From assembly GCF_004010195.1 (NCBI RefSeq), contig NC_057751.1, positions 7,778,137 through 7,842,136 on the forward strand: 64,000 bases of DNA. The letters are read 5' to 3'. Under the pieces are notes generated by a model. That model saw only the letters and a program-made list of their open reading frames with translations. It was not told the DNA's origin and searched no databases. Below, piece by piece: positions 49,276-62,734 of this stretch. Each line of letters starts with the position of its first letter. The first letter of the stretch is position 1. The DNA is from Chiloscyllium plagiosum. Its lineage: Eukaryota. The position numbers and the translations under genes are program-made.

Positions 49276-51196
49276 TTCAATATTTGTCCGTCATGCTCTC
49301 AGCGATTCTCGATTCTAACAATTCATAGCAGAAAAGAGTTGATTCCCTCCTGCCGCTAGTGCTTCTTTTGCCACAAGTTAAAGTCAGTGTCCTTTTTTTT
49401 TGACCTGTGACTGTGCAGCAGGTACTGCAGTGGACACTCAATGTGCGCTCAAGGCTCTGGAGTGGGGTTTGAACCAACACCCATCGGTCTCAGGGACGAT
49501 CCTGCTGCTGATTGAGTCCGGGAAGGCTTTCCAACAGAAGGCAGCTGCTCCCCAAGTTAATCAGTCCCACCACTTGAATAAACTAGGCATGAACAGCAGT
49601 GCTTGGCCCGTCTGTCGAGTTGCTTGTTCGTGAACCTCAGCCAAGACCTGAGAAAAGGCAGAATGGGATCTTGAATGGTGTGAAACTCCTTTGATAGTTC
49701 AGTGATCAAGGGTAATGAGTTTTGCCTCTTTCTCCCAGCTGCCAACCTTTGCAAATGTTCTCATTTCAAGGACAGAGAGTCATTTCTGTCACAATGAGCT
49801 TACGAACGCTGGCAATAAAGTCAATCAACGAGGCAAGACAGCCCTTTCCCACGAAGATGCAGATGTCAGCGCAGAATCTAGAATGCCTGTTTGTCTGAAA
49901 AGATATTAAGACGGCACACAGAGATCCGTAGGTGATCTTCAAATTACGTTGGTCAGACATTTGCACCAACAGCGACAAAACAAAGCGTCATGTAGAATCA
50001 AGTGAACTATTACCCCGATGTGGTTGTGCCAATTATCCTACGTCAGGGCCATTTATTCTGTTTAACAAATTGAACTGCTCTGTATCAGTCTCAAGGACAG
50101 CAGTTCTGACAATGCAGTGCTCACTCACTACTCCGGTAACTTAATTTCTACCAAACTGTGGAGAAAGAACCCCCTCATTCAGAGGTGACAGAGCCATGAA
50201 ATGACCCACGTTCAAACACCTTCAAAGCACAAAGGGTCACAATGCTGACACAGCCATGTAAAATGCCAGCTCCTGAGGAGACTGGCCTTGCCGTCGAGAG
50301 ACAACCTGGAGCAGTCTGCTCTCAGTGTCCTTCCAAGTCTGTCGGAGACAGCAGTTTCCCCGAACCGTGTTCTGTCCCCTGCTCTCAAGCGTCCAACAGA
50401 GAACTCCAGCTGACAGTGCTGAAGACAACACAGGTACGAATAGCTTCACTACTCCAAACACAAAACAGAGTGCCTCCAGGCCGCTACACAGTGCGAAGTG
50501 CTGAAGAAGGCATTTGTGAGGCAGTGGTGTTAACCCATGACTTCCCTCCTATGCGATGAGCACAAAATATTGAAAATAAATCTTGCGCAGGGAGAGTTCC
50601 ATTAAATCGAGTCTGCACTATGTTGCGTTGCTGTTGGTGGCAGCGTGCGGTGCACACCGTGTTTAATGATGACAACAGTGACTTTGTAACTGGTCCATTG
50701 CCTAAAATGCGTTTTGATACATTTTGAGATGTCCTGAGGATGAGAAAGGCGCCATGTGAATACACCTTTCTTATCTGTGCATCTTGCATTTCCTTTCTGT
50801 CCATCACACCAGTGACAATCACATATGCAGTTTGGGAAGGAACAGATCAGGCTGGTTCTCTTCATCCTGGGTTGGCAGCTGCCCTGTTGCTTGCAGTCAC
50901 TTGGACACTGTGTATCCAAGTTGAATGAATAGTCAAGCAACTGAACTACACACCCATCATCTCTACCTCACTCTTTACTCCTACCCCTCTTCACCCTAAC
51001 CTTCTCACTTGTGCCGTTTGCCTTTACAAAGACTTGTTTGGAATATAGAGCACAGAAACAGGAGCCATTCGGTCCATCTAGTTGTACTCGTGCTTATGTT
51101 TACTTGAACCTCACTTACTATTTCAGCGTAAATCTTTGTGCTATTTTCTCTTGTACGCTTATCCACTTCACTGATTGCTGCATCACTCAGTCCATA

Positions 51197-51802
51197 TGTT
51201 ATGGACCAGACCGGACCCCCTCAAATCATTTAAGGTAGCCCAGACCCAAACATTCTCTCATTTTAAAAAAAATGTGAAGTACTGTGTTGCTGATGCAGTG
51301 CGAGTGGTCAATCTGCTCGACGTTAAGCCAAACGCTGTAGTTAAAATACAAACAAAAGGAGGAAGGATTTGGAATAATTTAACTCTACTGGAAAACTTAA
51401 CCGAACTGTAGCAATAGTAACTGTTACTAATTAACAGTTCCAATGTGGTAACATCCCATAAACATACCCCTCAGCAAAAAGGCAAATTCACTCACAGATC
51501 CTCACATGCAGTTCTCCAATTCAGGAGGAAAGAACATCAAAAGAAAATTCAGAGAGAGTGGCAGCCAGGAGGCATTCACTGAAGCTTCCAAATTGGCTGA
51601 GACCCCAAAGAGCCTCTGCTTAAGGCGAAACCTAAACCCAGATATCCCGATCTGAGAGAGCTGGATACACCCATCCTGGCTATTAAACAAAAACATAAGG
51701 CCTCCCATACTGATCAGCAGCTCTGCCTTCCAACTTCTCCGAAAGGAAAAATCAGGGACAAAAGAGCCCCTTTAAGCCACAGCGTCTTCATACATCATGA
51801 CA
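51197..51802. mobile_element. Probable solo-LTR-like element
   Basis: 606-bp segment bounded by TGTTATG...CATGACA short inverted termini; no TSD seen. Confidence 0.35.
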
Positions 51803-52454
51803 GGCATTTCCTTCCATTCTCACCACTCTCTGGGTAAAGGGCATTCTTTTCATGACTGTAGTTCATTGATAGCCCTTATTTCACTCAAGTATAAACTCAT
51901 CTCTCTCTGCATCCACTCGGTCACAATGTTCAACACTTGCACGACACTTCAACACTACAACATCAGGACACCCCACAAGCCAGATCGTGATAAAAGTCAG
52001 ATCAGATGCAAAACTTTAGGTTTCTCTCTCTGTGGGTGCTACCAGACCTGCTGAGTTTCTCCAGCATGCTCTGTTTCACTTTTTCACCCCTCAACCCTTC
52101 TCTTCCCAGAGATTTTTGAAGTCCAGAAATAGAGTCATAGTGTCATAGAGATGTACAGCATGGAAACAGACCGTTCGGTCCAACCCGTCCATGCCGACAT
52201 ACAAGAGCAAAAACGCCGGCAAAGAATGGCTCCTGTGCCCAACATCCTAGTTCACATCCTCTATCAAGGTACACTCATCCCAACTCTGCTGCCTATTCTA
52301 ACTTGCACCATTTCTTGCTTACCCATCCCTTCTGTGCTCACGTCCTCCAACAGATTCTGGTCCAGAAAAGCATCAGCTTGAAAGCTCCCAGTCTCATTTG
52401 CCTTAACTCTCTCTGTCTCTGTAGCCTCCTCTAGCAAATCCTTGGAGATGGCCA

Positions 52455-53220
52455 CAGTCACAGAGTCATAAAGGCAGATCCTTTGGTCGACTCGTCCTTG
52501 CCAACCAGATATTCCACATTGATGGCAGTCCCATTTGCCAACATTTGGCCAATATCCCTACAAACCCTTCCTATTCATGTGCCCATCCAGATGCCTCGTA
52601 AATGTTGACACTGTAGCAACCTCCACCACTTCCTCTGGCAGCTCATGTCATACACTCACCACCCTCTGCGTGAAAATGTTGCTCCTTATGTCCCTTTTAA
52701 ATCTTTCCCCTCTCACCTTAAACCAATTAGAATGAGAAAAACAGTACCTCCGGCCCAAGTCCACACTACCTCTCCGAAGAGTATCCCACCCAGACCCATT
52801 CCCCTGACTAATGCATCTAACCTATACATCCCTGGACACTGTGCACAATTTAGCATAGCCAATTCACCTAACTTGCACACCTTTGGATTGTGGGAGGAAA
52901 CTGGAGCACCCAGAGGAAAAGGAGACAAAGTGCAAACTTCACACAGACAGTTGCCCGAGGCTGGAATCGAACCCGGGTCCCTGGTGCTGTGAGGCAGCAT
53001 TGCTAACCACAGAGCCACCATGTCACCCTGTACGCCTGCTAGTTCTGGATTTCGCCACCCTGGGGAAAAGACCTTGACTATTGACCCCTCATGACTTTAT
53101 GAACTTCTATAAGGTCACCCCTCGCCCTCTGATGCTCCAGGGAAAACAGCCCCAGCCGACTCAACCTCGCCCTATAGCTCCAACCCTCGAAGCCCAGCAA
53201 CATTCTTGTAAATCTTTCCC
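52455..53220 (-). mobile_element. CR1/HER1 3' fragment split by an HE1 SINE
   Basis: CR1 sequence breaks at ...ctcaccttaaacc (52723) and resumes at ...ctagttctggatttcgccaccctggggaaaagacc. Confidence 0.75.
52724..53028 (-). mobile_element. HE1 V-SINE nested in CR1
   Basis: Reverse-strand head ggtggctctgtggttagcaatgctgcctcacagcaccagggacccgggttcgattcc plus V-domain. Confidence 0.8.
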
Positions 53221-54117
53221 TTCAGTTCTGGCTCTAATTTGCATCATCAGGCACCTTTGCCTTCAAAACAACCTGATCTGTGAACTGTGGTTTTCCTCTC
53301 ATTGTTCCTATGAAAGTCTCCTCAGGTCACATCCCTTTGACAGACAGTTTGATTGCCACACTGACTGATCTCCCGCAGTTCCAAATTTAGATTGAGATTG
53401 TTTGTGTGGAACACCTTGGGACATGTCTATTACATTCAACGCACAGCATGCATACAAACTGTTGTCCTCTACAGTAACAAAGACTTCTTCATTCCCAAAT
53501 AAACAAATCAAACAGCTCTCAAAATATCAGTGGAAATAATTCTGACAAGAACACATTCAGTATTGGTATGATAACCCCCAATGATAAACTTGCAGAACAT
53601 AATGTCAGCGTTAAATAAGGATGACGCTGGTGCTTTATTCGTTCCTGTTGAATATATACACAAAAGAAACCGTTGCTTCCCAAGTTAAGAAACGCCTCAG
53701 TGGTTCAGTCAAAAGAAAGGATCGAAATTAATCTTCTGTGAAATATCCTATTATTGATATTTTAAAATGTTAGAAAGCAATTTGAAGCATTATGATCAGA
53801 ATGACAAGATCAATTTGTGAAGCTAAAAAGTTTCAGCAAACATTTCTCTCTGTAAGAGAAGATTTGATGCACATTTTCTTTCCATTTAATTAAGCTCTCT
53901 AAGTCCTCTGCCAATGTTAAATTTAGCCAAACAGCTCAGGGAGGCTCTGGAGTTGGTGGGGAGGTGGGGGAGAGGCGGAATGTCTCCACTCTACGCTTTC
54001 TCTCAGCCAAGTTGTCAGAGCTGTCCCCGATCCTCCGGAGATATGCACTGTTCTGATAGCACAGACATTCAGCCCAGCAAGTCCACGCCAGTCTTCCTGC
54101 TATGTGGGAGCTGAGCA

Positions 54118-54680
54118 AAGGGAAACTGCACAGACCGGGTGACCGCTTTGCAGAACACCTCGGCCTGTGCACAAGCACGACCCTGACCTTCCTGTGGCCG
54201 GTCATTTTAACACTGTGTCCTGCCCGCGTGCCTACTTGTCTGTGCTCCAGCGAATCATAGCACAAACTGGAGGAAAAAAAGTCTCTTCTTCAGACTGGGC
54301 ACCTTACAGCCTTCTGGACTTAATATTGAGTTCAACACCTTCAGATTGTGAACCCACTCCCATTCTTTCTTTTTCTTTCAGCTTTACTTGTTACATTCTC
54401 TCTGTCACCGTGTCCCCTCTCCCCTCCCTCACCCCTTCCAAGTCTGGCAGTTCGACACACCACTGTTCTGCCATTCTCACAATCTGATCCCTTAGTCTGC
54501 ACTAAGTATATGCTTCCCACCCCCTGCCATCCCAGCACTCTACTCCCCAACTGTTGCATCAATGCTGCCCCCTCCACACTTGACCGTGAAGAGTCATCTC
54601 AGACTCGAAACATTAGCTTGCTCTCGCTCCATGGATGCTGTCTGGCCCGCCGTGATTTCCACTTTTTGCTTCCAGTCAGG
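54118..54680 (+). mobile_element. Penelope-like element 3' part: GIY-YIG C-terminus plus pLTR
   Basis: Frameshifted translation GDRFAEHL...HKHDPDLPVAGHFN...FFRLGTLQPSGLNIEFNTFRL*; degenerate hammerhead gtgaa-gagtc-atctca-gactc-gaaa-catt near 54587-54614. Confidence 0.75.
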
Positions 54681-55169
54681 GAAATTACAAGCTAAGGTTT
54701 CCTTCTCACGGCCCAGCGAGGGACTGTTGACGCTGGAAAGTTCAGGGATCAATTTTCCACCACTGAGCAAGATGCCTCGACACTTCTGAATCCTAACACT
54801 CAGCGATTCCCACTCACCAAGCTGTGGATGAACAAGAAGTAATTCCTTGTTATAAGATTCAGGAATCAGTTGAATGTACCATTCAAGATAAAATGTAATT
54901 GCTGCATTAGTCTGATTTATCCTCAAGGGCCATTAGAAATGGGGAATTAATGTTGACCTTGACAGCGATGCTCATATCCCATAAAACGAAAGTTTTTTCT
55001 GTTTTCTTTTGCTTCAGCATGTGATTTCAGGCCGCAAATTTAATTTTATGGTTTAATCTGAGGTTCAAAATCCATCCTCAAGATGTTCCTCTGTCCAGAG
55101 GAGAGATCAGAGCAGTGTTTGGTGGCTGCTCATCTCATTTCTAATGGAAGGAGGGTGGGTTTGTTTGTA

Positions 55170-55600
55170 TGCAGCCTGCAGCTCTGTTAAGAGTGCTGAC
55201 TCTTCTGGGTCACAAGGTTGTGGGATCAAGTCCAATTCCAGAACGTGAGCACAAAAATGGAGGCATAAATCCGATGCAGGACTGAGGGAGTGCTGCACGG
55301 TCAGAGGTGCCACTTCTCAGATCAGTCCTCAGGCTACTGCGTAGATCCCACGAACCCGATTTAGAAGGTGAGCAAGGGGGACCTCTCCTGTGGTACCCTG
55401 GGCAATATTTAGCCCTCATTTGATGTTGCAGCAAAAGATTATCGCATCGTGGTCAAATCACTACTTTTGGAAGTTTGTTGCAGGCAGGTTGATTGCCTCA
55501 GCTCAAAAGTGACTACCCCTCAAAAGTCCTCCATGAACTGTCAAGGGATTTCAGGAGTCCGGTTCAGATGAAAGATGGTACAAATTCAGATAGTCTTTTG
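55170..55600 (+). mobile_element. DeuSINE (SacSINE1-like), near full length, diverged
   Basis: tRNA-like head aaggttgtgggatcaagtcc, then actgagggagtgctgcac...agaggtgcc and ctctcctgtggtaccctgggcaatattt. Confidence 0.55.
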
Positions 55601-55769
55601 TGTAATTCACAGCTTCTGCAACTCTCTGCCTCGAACACGTCACAAGAAGGTCAGGTTTAAATTAATGAGGAACACGGGTTGATTTGGCTCGGGTGACTTT
55701 GACCAGAGAGGTTCAGAGTTAATTTTGATCGCCCTCTTAAAGTTTATCCATGTATAATTGATGGAGGTG

Positions 55770-56515
55770 AGAATGCTGAGAGGGGGTGGGGAGAGTGATA
55801 ACCAAGTTTTCGGATGATATGAAAATTAGCTGAGTGGTTGTCAGTGAGGAAGAAGGTCTTCGGTGACAGGAGGATCGAGGTTGATTGGTTAGATGGGCAA
55901 ATGGAACTGAACCCTGACAAGATTGAAGCAATATACTTTGCAAGAAATAACAAGATGAGGGAGCACTCAATGAACAGCAGGTGGTCTGGTGAACAGTCTT
56001 GGGCTTCTTCGTTCACAAATCCATTTGAGCAGCAGGGCAGTTTAATAGAATAGTCAACATCTTTATCATGGTACAGATCCTAAGAGCAGAGAAGTTACAT
56101 TAGAGCTGTATAGGTCTTTGGTTAGACCTAGCTAGAGTACTTTGTGTGGTTCTGGTCTGGTGAAAGTGCAGGGGAGACTCACCAGAAAAGCTGAGGAGTT
56201 GTCTTCATTGGAGCAGACAAGGCTGGGGGTGGGGGTGGCGGCAGGAACCTGATAGATGATAAGATGATGGGAAAGGGAAAAAGGTGGATAGGACCCAGTT
56301 ATCTTAAGGATGAACAACTAGAGGGCACATTTTTAAGTGAAAGGCAGGCGGTTTAGAGGGGATTTCAGTAAAAACATTGTCACCCAGAGGCTGGCGTGGA
56401 TCTGGAATATACTGTCTGGGAGGTTAAGTGACCAGGAAATCTCAAAAAGTACATGGATGCACGCCGAGTGTTGCAAGGCGGCACGTGTAGCTTTAGCTTG
56501 TTCTTGTAGTACAGA
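55770..56515 (+). mobile_element. Old CR1-type LINE fragment
   Basis: ccaagttttcggatgatatgaaaatt (KFADD region), ggttagacctagctagagtactttgtgtggttctggtc, aactagagggcacatttttaagtgaaaggcaggcggtttagaggggat. Confidence 0.6.
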
Positions 56516-56518
56516 CTG

Positions 56519-56815
56519 AGAATCACAGAATCCCTACGGTGTGTAAGCAGTCCATTCATCCCATCAGGTACACACCAACCCTCCAAATTTCAACCCAGCC
56601 AGACCCACTTGCCTGCCCCGTCACCCTGCATTTCCCATGACTAAACTGCCTGCCTTTGGATTGAGAGGGGAAACTGGAGCAGCCGGAGGAAACCCACACA
56701 GACATGGGGGAGAACATGCAAACTCCACACAGACAATCACCTGAGGTGGGAATTGAACCAGGATCCCTAGCGCTGCAAGGCAGATGTGCTCACCACTGAG
56801 CCACCATGCCACCCC
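56519..56815 (-). mobile_element. HE1 V-SINE
   Basis: ggaaactggagcagccggaggaaacccacacagacatggggagaacatgcaaactccacacagac...ccactgagccacc. Confidence 0.75.
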
Positions 56816-58378
56816 CAGTACTTGATTGACTGAAGGGCATCTCCTACAGTACATGATTCTATGGTGCTAAAGTCATGAAAGGTTAAGTTAGGGTGAGTCA
56901 AGAGATACTGAGGCAAGGGACAGGAGAGGGTAGAGCGTTATGGTGAAAGCAAAGGACTCAGCTGAAACATGAGGAATTTTTTTTCTCATTTTACTTGGAG
57001 CGAACAATTTGAAGGGATGGTGAAAGCAGAAAAAGTTGTGACAATGAATGCAAAATTAGATACTGACTGACAAGGGGAAAAGAACAATTGCAGGGTTATG
57101 GGGAAAGTGCAGAAGAGCAACACTTTGGAGAGCTTGGTCAAACAGATGTCACAACTGCAAGGGCTGAATGGCCTCCACCTGCATTGCATTATTCTGTGTA
57201 TGGTCAGATTACATGAGGAAGTCGCCCCAACCAGAGAAAGCCCATGGTGGCTGTTTTGATCGTCTCAGTCAACACATTATGAATGGCGTCATAATACATT
57301 GCAGTCAGGGACTTCAACTGCATCCCAGTTGGATTCAGCACCCTAAGTGAAGAAAAAAGAAATCACATATTGGAAACTGTCAAGCCTTTCATAACCGAGG
57401 TAAACCCTGAAACTTTTCACAGTCAAAATGGTACTCTTCTGCATGTGTGGTTTGAGGGAATTATCCTGACCAAAGCATCTGGAAAGGAATACCATCCTTT
57501 CCTTTCGAAGCAATGCGAGAGGAGAGATAGGACCTCAGTTAAAGGTCTGGTTTGTCAACATAACCTACATAAAGCTAACAAAGATTTACTCTGGTAGGTT
57601 GCAATCTGTTCCAAACGTCGGCACCTCCAACATGGTAGACTACACCCCCTGTCCCCAACAACTACCCTCAGGACTGCACTGGGAACATTGACCTAGATCG
57701 CGGACTTCTGCATTCAGGTCTCTGGGATAGGATTTGAAGATGTGAGCTTGGACCTTCCAGGCCGGGGAGATGATTGCTGAAGCATCCACCATGGTTTCCA
57801 AGACTCCTGAGGTAACCTGGCTGCTGCATTGCATTTCTCCAGAGTCTCCCCAGCCCGGCACTCATGAGAAGGTGCCGGGGAACTCCGTTGGCGGATGGCA
57901 GAGTTGGAAGTGACCATGGCGTGATTCTCTTTTGCGCCAGCAGCCTCCCACCAATGCGGTTTCAAGGTCAAGCCTGAGCAGTAGCCAACGGGCAAACTGA
58001 TAGGCAAGGCAGGATGGGCGGAATGGTCACACAAGGATGGGCAATAGGTCATTGGATTCAAGGGGGTACAGGCCATCAGATCAGGTCAAATCCAGGGGTT
58101 TTGGGGTCAAGCCAGGAGTTGAGTTGCCTGGTGTTCAGGGGGTTGGGGTCAATCAGAGGACATTTGGACCACTAATCAGGTCATGTTTGGGAATGGAGTA
58201 TGAGGAAAGAAAAGGAGTGGTAACTGGATCTTAGGCAGTCTGGTCAGGTTGTCAGCGGTGGCGGGGGGGGAGGTGGTGGTGAAGAGGAGTTAACTGTGGG
58301 TCCGGGAAGTTTGTTATCATGTTACTTTCAACATCCAAGTATTATATACTCCACTCTATCATACAATTAAGTACCATC

Positions 58379-58617
58379 TGAAATAACTCCAGAGAGGCCA
58401 GTATCCCATCACCAAATCAGCCTTTATTTATGCATAGAGAGTCCTTGACACTGTTCTGGCTTCCTCAGAGTCAGCCCTCAGACTGAACAGAACCCCTGAC
58501 ACTCCTGTTTCTATCTGTCAGCCAGGGCTCCCTGACTGGACCCGGTTAACAGCCCCAATCGGGGAACTCAGATTCTGTGAGATCTACCTGGATGACCTTG
58601 TTATCGTCACTACTACA
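58379..58617 (-). mobile_element. Short solo-LTR-like repeat
   Basis: TG...CA bounded; reverse-complement homologue of 13034-13254. Confidence 0.55.
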
Positions 58618-58624
58618 TCAAACT

Positions 58625-58840
58625 TTAGGAAGCACTTTCACACAAAAAGTGTTTGGAACGCTCGTCCACAAATGGTAGTGGATGCTGGATCAGTCATTAA
58701 TTTTAAATCTGAGACAGACGGAGAAATACGGATCAAAGGCAGGCAGAAATATGGAATGAGGCCATACGTCAGCCATGATCTCACTGGATGGTGGAATCTG
58801 CCTGAAGGGCTGAATGGCCAACTCCTGTCCACATGTTCAC
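58625..58840 (+). mobile_element. CR1-type 3' fragment
   Basis: aggaagcactttcacacaaaaagtgtttggaacgctc...cagccatgatctcactggatggtgga...aagggctgaatggcc. Confidence 0.6.
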
Positions 58841-58974
58841 TAACTATCATTAATCGCCAAATCTCACTCAGATTTCCCAGGTGGCAGGAAATTAGCCTAC
58901 TGGAAGGTCAAGTATCCCAGGAAATTGCCGGGCAGGCCAGTGGATCAGCGTCTCCACAAAGGAGAGTGTAGGAA

Positions 58975-59104
58975 TAAATTATTGCAGATGCTGAGATTTG
59001 TACTGAAAACAAAAAAAATGCTGGAAATCACTGCGGGTCAGGCAGCACCTGTGGACAGACAGAAAGCTAACGTTTTGAGTCTACATGACTTTTCATCAGA
59101 ACTC
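58975..59104 (-). mobile_element. PLE terminal repeat (family D) with degenerate hammerhead
   Basis: Reverse strand ctgatga-a-aagtc-atgta-gactc-aaaa-cgtt followed by ...ggtgctgcctgacccgcagtgatttccagc. Confidence 0.65.
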
Positions 59105-59946
59105 TAATATCTTATAAACTCAGGGATGCAAGGGCTACGGCTGAGGTACTGGTGCAGTGAGATAATTTATCAGAAAGATGATTTCGTAAAAGTACGTTGC
59201 ACCTGTTGTTACTGGGCAATGGAGGGGGGGGGGAAGAGAGAGAGACACTGCCAAAATAAAGCAGTTGTCAGGGTGTATGTGGAAATGCTCTTCAGTGGAA
59301 GCATTCAATCAGATATCTGGATCTGTGTATGCAGTTCATATTTAATTCATATTTATCATCACGATGATGTGAGGTGTTAGATTAAGTCACCTCATTTGAG
59401 ATGAAATTATCCTTCTTACAGAGGCAGAGACATGGAATAACATTTGATGGGGAGATGAAGGGATAAGAGGATTAGCTGAACAGAAAAGTGGCAGATAGAC
59501 AAGATAGGACACAAAGACTGAAACTTACTGCTCCATCTACCAGCTTGTGAGCACTTAGTCTTTTCTGCATGAAATTGCATTGTCTGCTGTTTAGCAGAGG
59601 TGATACACTACTGGATTAACGGTCTCTGTGGTAATAGCTCAGAGACTCATGCTGCTGAATTTCAAATTGAGTAATAAAGAATCCGTGGTGATGGGATTCT
59701 CTTTGACGGGGTGAGAACATTGCCTGCTCTACGTGATGCTGGTGGGACCAGCAGTATCCCTGAATGCACTTGAAATGAATGCCTTGCTCAGGTCATTTCA
59801 GGTGGCAATTTCAGAGTCAACTGCACTGCAGTGGGTCTGGAGGGTACACGTAGGCTAGGTGAGGCAAAAATGGCAAATTCCCATCCATGAGTGGACCAGA
59901 TGGATTGTAGTGACAATTGTCAATGATTACAATGGGAGGGGTGGGA

Positions 59947-59971
59947 GGGGGGGGGGGGGGGGGGGGGGGGG
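59947..59971 (+). repeat. G25 homopolymer
   Basis: Seen directly; immediately 5' of an HE1 SINE. Confidence 0.9.
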
Positions 59972-60308
59972 TGGGTAGAGTGTCTCAGTGGTTAGCACTA
60001 CTGCCTCACAGCATCGTGGACCCTGGCTCAATTCCACTCCCAGGCGACTGTCTGTGTGCAGTGTGCACATTCTCCCAGCATGGGTTTCATTCGGGTGCTC
60101 CAGTTTCTTCCCACCCTCCAACAACGTGCAGGTTAGGTGGGTTGGCCATGTTAAATTGCCCGTAATGGCTAGGTGGCATTTCCCTTGACTGAGTTACAGG
60201 GGTAGGGTTGGGGGGTGGGTTTGGGTGGGATGCTCTTCAGAGGGTCAATGTGGATCTAATGGGCCAAATGGCCTACTTCCACACAGTGGTGATTCTATGA
60301 TTCTATTC
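59972..60308 (+). mobile_element. HE1 V-SINE inserted in a second-family SINE (59770-60400, minus)
   Basis: ctcagtggttagcactactgcctcacagc...gtgcaggttaggtgggttggccatgttaaattgccc...gattctatgattcta. Confidence 0.75.
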
Positions 60309-61329
60309 ATGAAACTAGATTTTTATTTCAGATGGATTGATTGCACTGAAATTCCACCATCTGCCATGGTGGGATTGAAATCCATTTCCCCAGACAACTA
60401 ACCCAAATCCCAACTTGCACATGCGAAGACTGATGAATATAGCTATGGCCCAGAAAAACTATTCAGTACAACTTCCGTATTTTCTAATATTCACTGTCTT
60501 GGGCATTCCTAAACCTTGTCTCTGTGAATAGTTAAACTGCTCTCGAGGGATACATGACAAAAACATCCATCCAACTGGAGCAGAGAAATGCACTGTTTTA
60601 AGATTATCCTGACAGAAACGTTGATTCACCTGGTGAGAGGTGGACCATTCGATACTGGTCAAGCACAGGATCACTAGCTCACTGACCACCCTATACAGCA
60701 TAACTGATACCCTGTCACTGCGCTATAACTCCATCTACTCAGAGACAAGATTGCCACCTGTATCCCTCTCATCACAATGCCCACCAATTCATCAATGGAA
60801 CCCTGTGGGAAGGTGATTGCAACCAATGGCCAAGTGCTGACTGCATTGGGAAGGTCAGTCAAAGATTCTGTGGTCTGGTGAGTAATACATTTCATAAACA
60901 ATTGGCTAAGTGCCCGTCAATAACCTGAGATTTAGTTCCTGGGGACAGCAGGTCCAGCAATCAAGTCTGTGAATATTTTCAAACCAACCTGTTCAGGGAT
61001 GTTACGACACAACTCTGGAGCAGTGGGACTTGAACGCAACTCTTGGGCTCAGAGGTAGGGACGCAACCACTACACTTGAGACTTTAACGTGTAATTTGTT
61101 ATGCAAACAAAAAGTCAGACTGGGTAGCTACCTAACAGTGAGTCCATGCACGAGGATCAAAATTTCCAAATTATTGCAAAGAACATTCGAGAAACAATAC
61201 ACTTCACTTTGTGTCCACTGAACGGATATTAAAGAAGATACTTGAGCTTGAGGACAGTAAACATTTGGACTAATCACTATGTTAGTATCAGAAAGAAAGT
61301 TCCAAGTGGAACTGGATGCCAGTCTTTGG

Positions 61330-61690
61330 AATAATGTACTGGAAGATGGTGTTCAAAATCTGACAGAGCTGATGGAGATGCTTCTCTGGTGAGTCTAAAG
61401 CTTGGGGACATCATCTCAACAAATTGATTGGTCATTTAAGACTGTGATGAGGAGGAATTTCTTTCCTTAGAGGGTGATGAATCTTTGGAATTGTCTTCCC
61501 CAGCGGGTTGTGGACGCTCAAGCATTGAGCATTTTCAAGATGGAAATCAACAGACATCTGGATACCAATGACAGGTGGAGACACGGGAACAATGTGAGCA
61601 AACAGCATGGAGGTACATAATCAACCATTATTGAACTGGATGGGGCACAGCAATATTGAGGTATTCAACAGCCTACTTTAGTTTCTATAT
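61330..61690 (+). mobile_element. Old CR1-type 3' fragment
   Basis: catttaagactgtgatgaggaggaatttctttccttagagggtgatgaatctttggaattgtcttccccag. Confidence 0.6.
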
Positions 61691-61787
61691 TCAGTGCTGA
61701 AGAGCCTATCACTATCTGATACTCTTAAGTCTTCAACACAGCAGGGGAGCAAAGCAGAGAAGAAAGACTAAAGGTAAAATTGTTACA

Positions 61788-62300
61788 GAGAAACATAGAA
61801 AATAGGTGGAGGAGTAGGCCATTCAGCCCTTCAAGCCCACACCACCATTCAATATGATCACAGCAGATCAAGCAATCTCAGTATCCCATTCGCACTTTCT
61901 CTCCATACCCTTTGATCCCTTCAGCTGCAAGAGCCATGTCCAGCTGTCTCTTGAATACATCTAATGAACTGGTGCCAACAGCTCTCTATGGGAGAGAATT
62001 CGAAAGGTTCACAACTGTCCAAATGAAGAAATTCCTCTGTGCCTCAGTCCTGAATGGCTTGCCCCTGATTCTTAGACTGTGACCCCTCATCCTGGACTTC
62101 CCCAATATCAGAAACATTCTTTCCATATCTAGCCTGTTCAGTCCCACCAGGACTTTATACATTTCCATCGGAGCCACCCCCACCCCCCAATTCATTCTTC
62201 TAAATTCCAGTGAGTATAAGCCCAGCCGATCCGGTCTTTCTTCATATGTCAGTTTTGCTATCCCAGGAATCAGTCTGGGTGAACCTTCACTGTGGCCCTC
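61788..62300 (-). mobile_element. CR1-type LINE 3' fragment
   Basis: ORF 61986-62195 MEMYKVLVGLNRLDMERMF...RGHSLRIRGKPFRTE...VVNLSNSLP. Confidence 0.8.
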
Positions 62301-62734
62301 TCAGTAGCAACATGATATAATAGCACATAACAGGATGAGCTCATTTTCCCGTATTGCTGGCATAGCAGCCTCTCAGGATGAGCTCTGCTAGCAATATCCC
62401 TCTGCTCGCAATTGGACTCCCCTGTATTGTCCCCATAACTATATGCATCCTTCCTTTTCAATGATTCAGTTTGAACTCCAATTCCTCAATTGAATCTGCC
62501 TCCACTCTATTCTCAGGTGGCTCATTCCAGAATTGAGCAATCCTCTTGCATGTAAAGGCTTCTCCTGACATCTCGATGGCTTCTCTTCCACATACCTTGA
62601 ACTTGTGCCTTCTCATCCTTCCTGCCTCCAACCAAAGGCAACGGTTTCTCCCAGTCCCGCTCAGGGCCAGAAACCCTCCATAATTTCCAGCACATCTCAA
62701 ACCTTTTTCTCTTCCCGGGAAAACGTTTCCAACT

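Noticed and set aside
52960..53028. tRNA-like A/B-box sequences here and at other SINE heads
   Set aside because: These are SINE 5' heads continuing into the V-domain, not tRNA genes.
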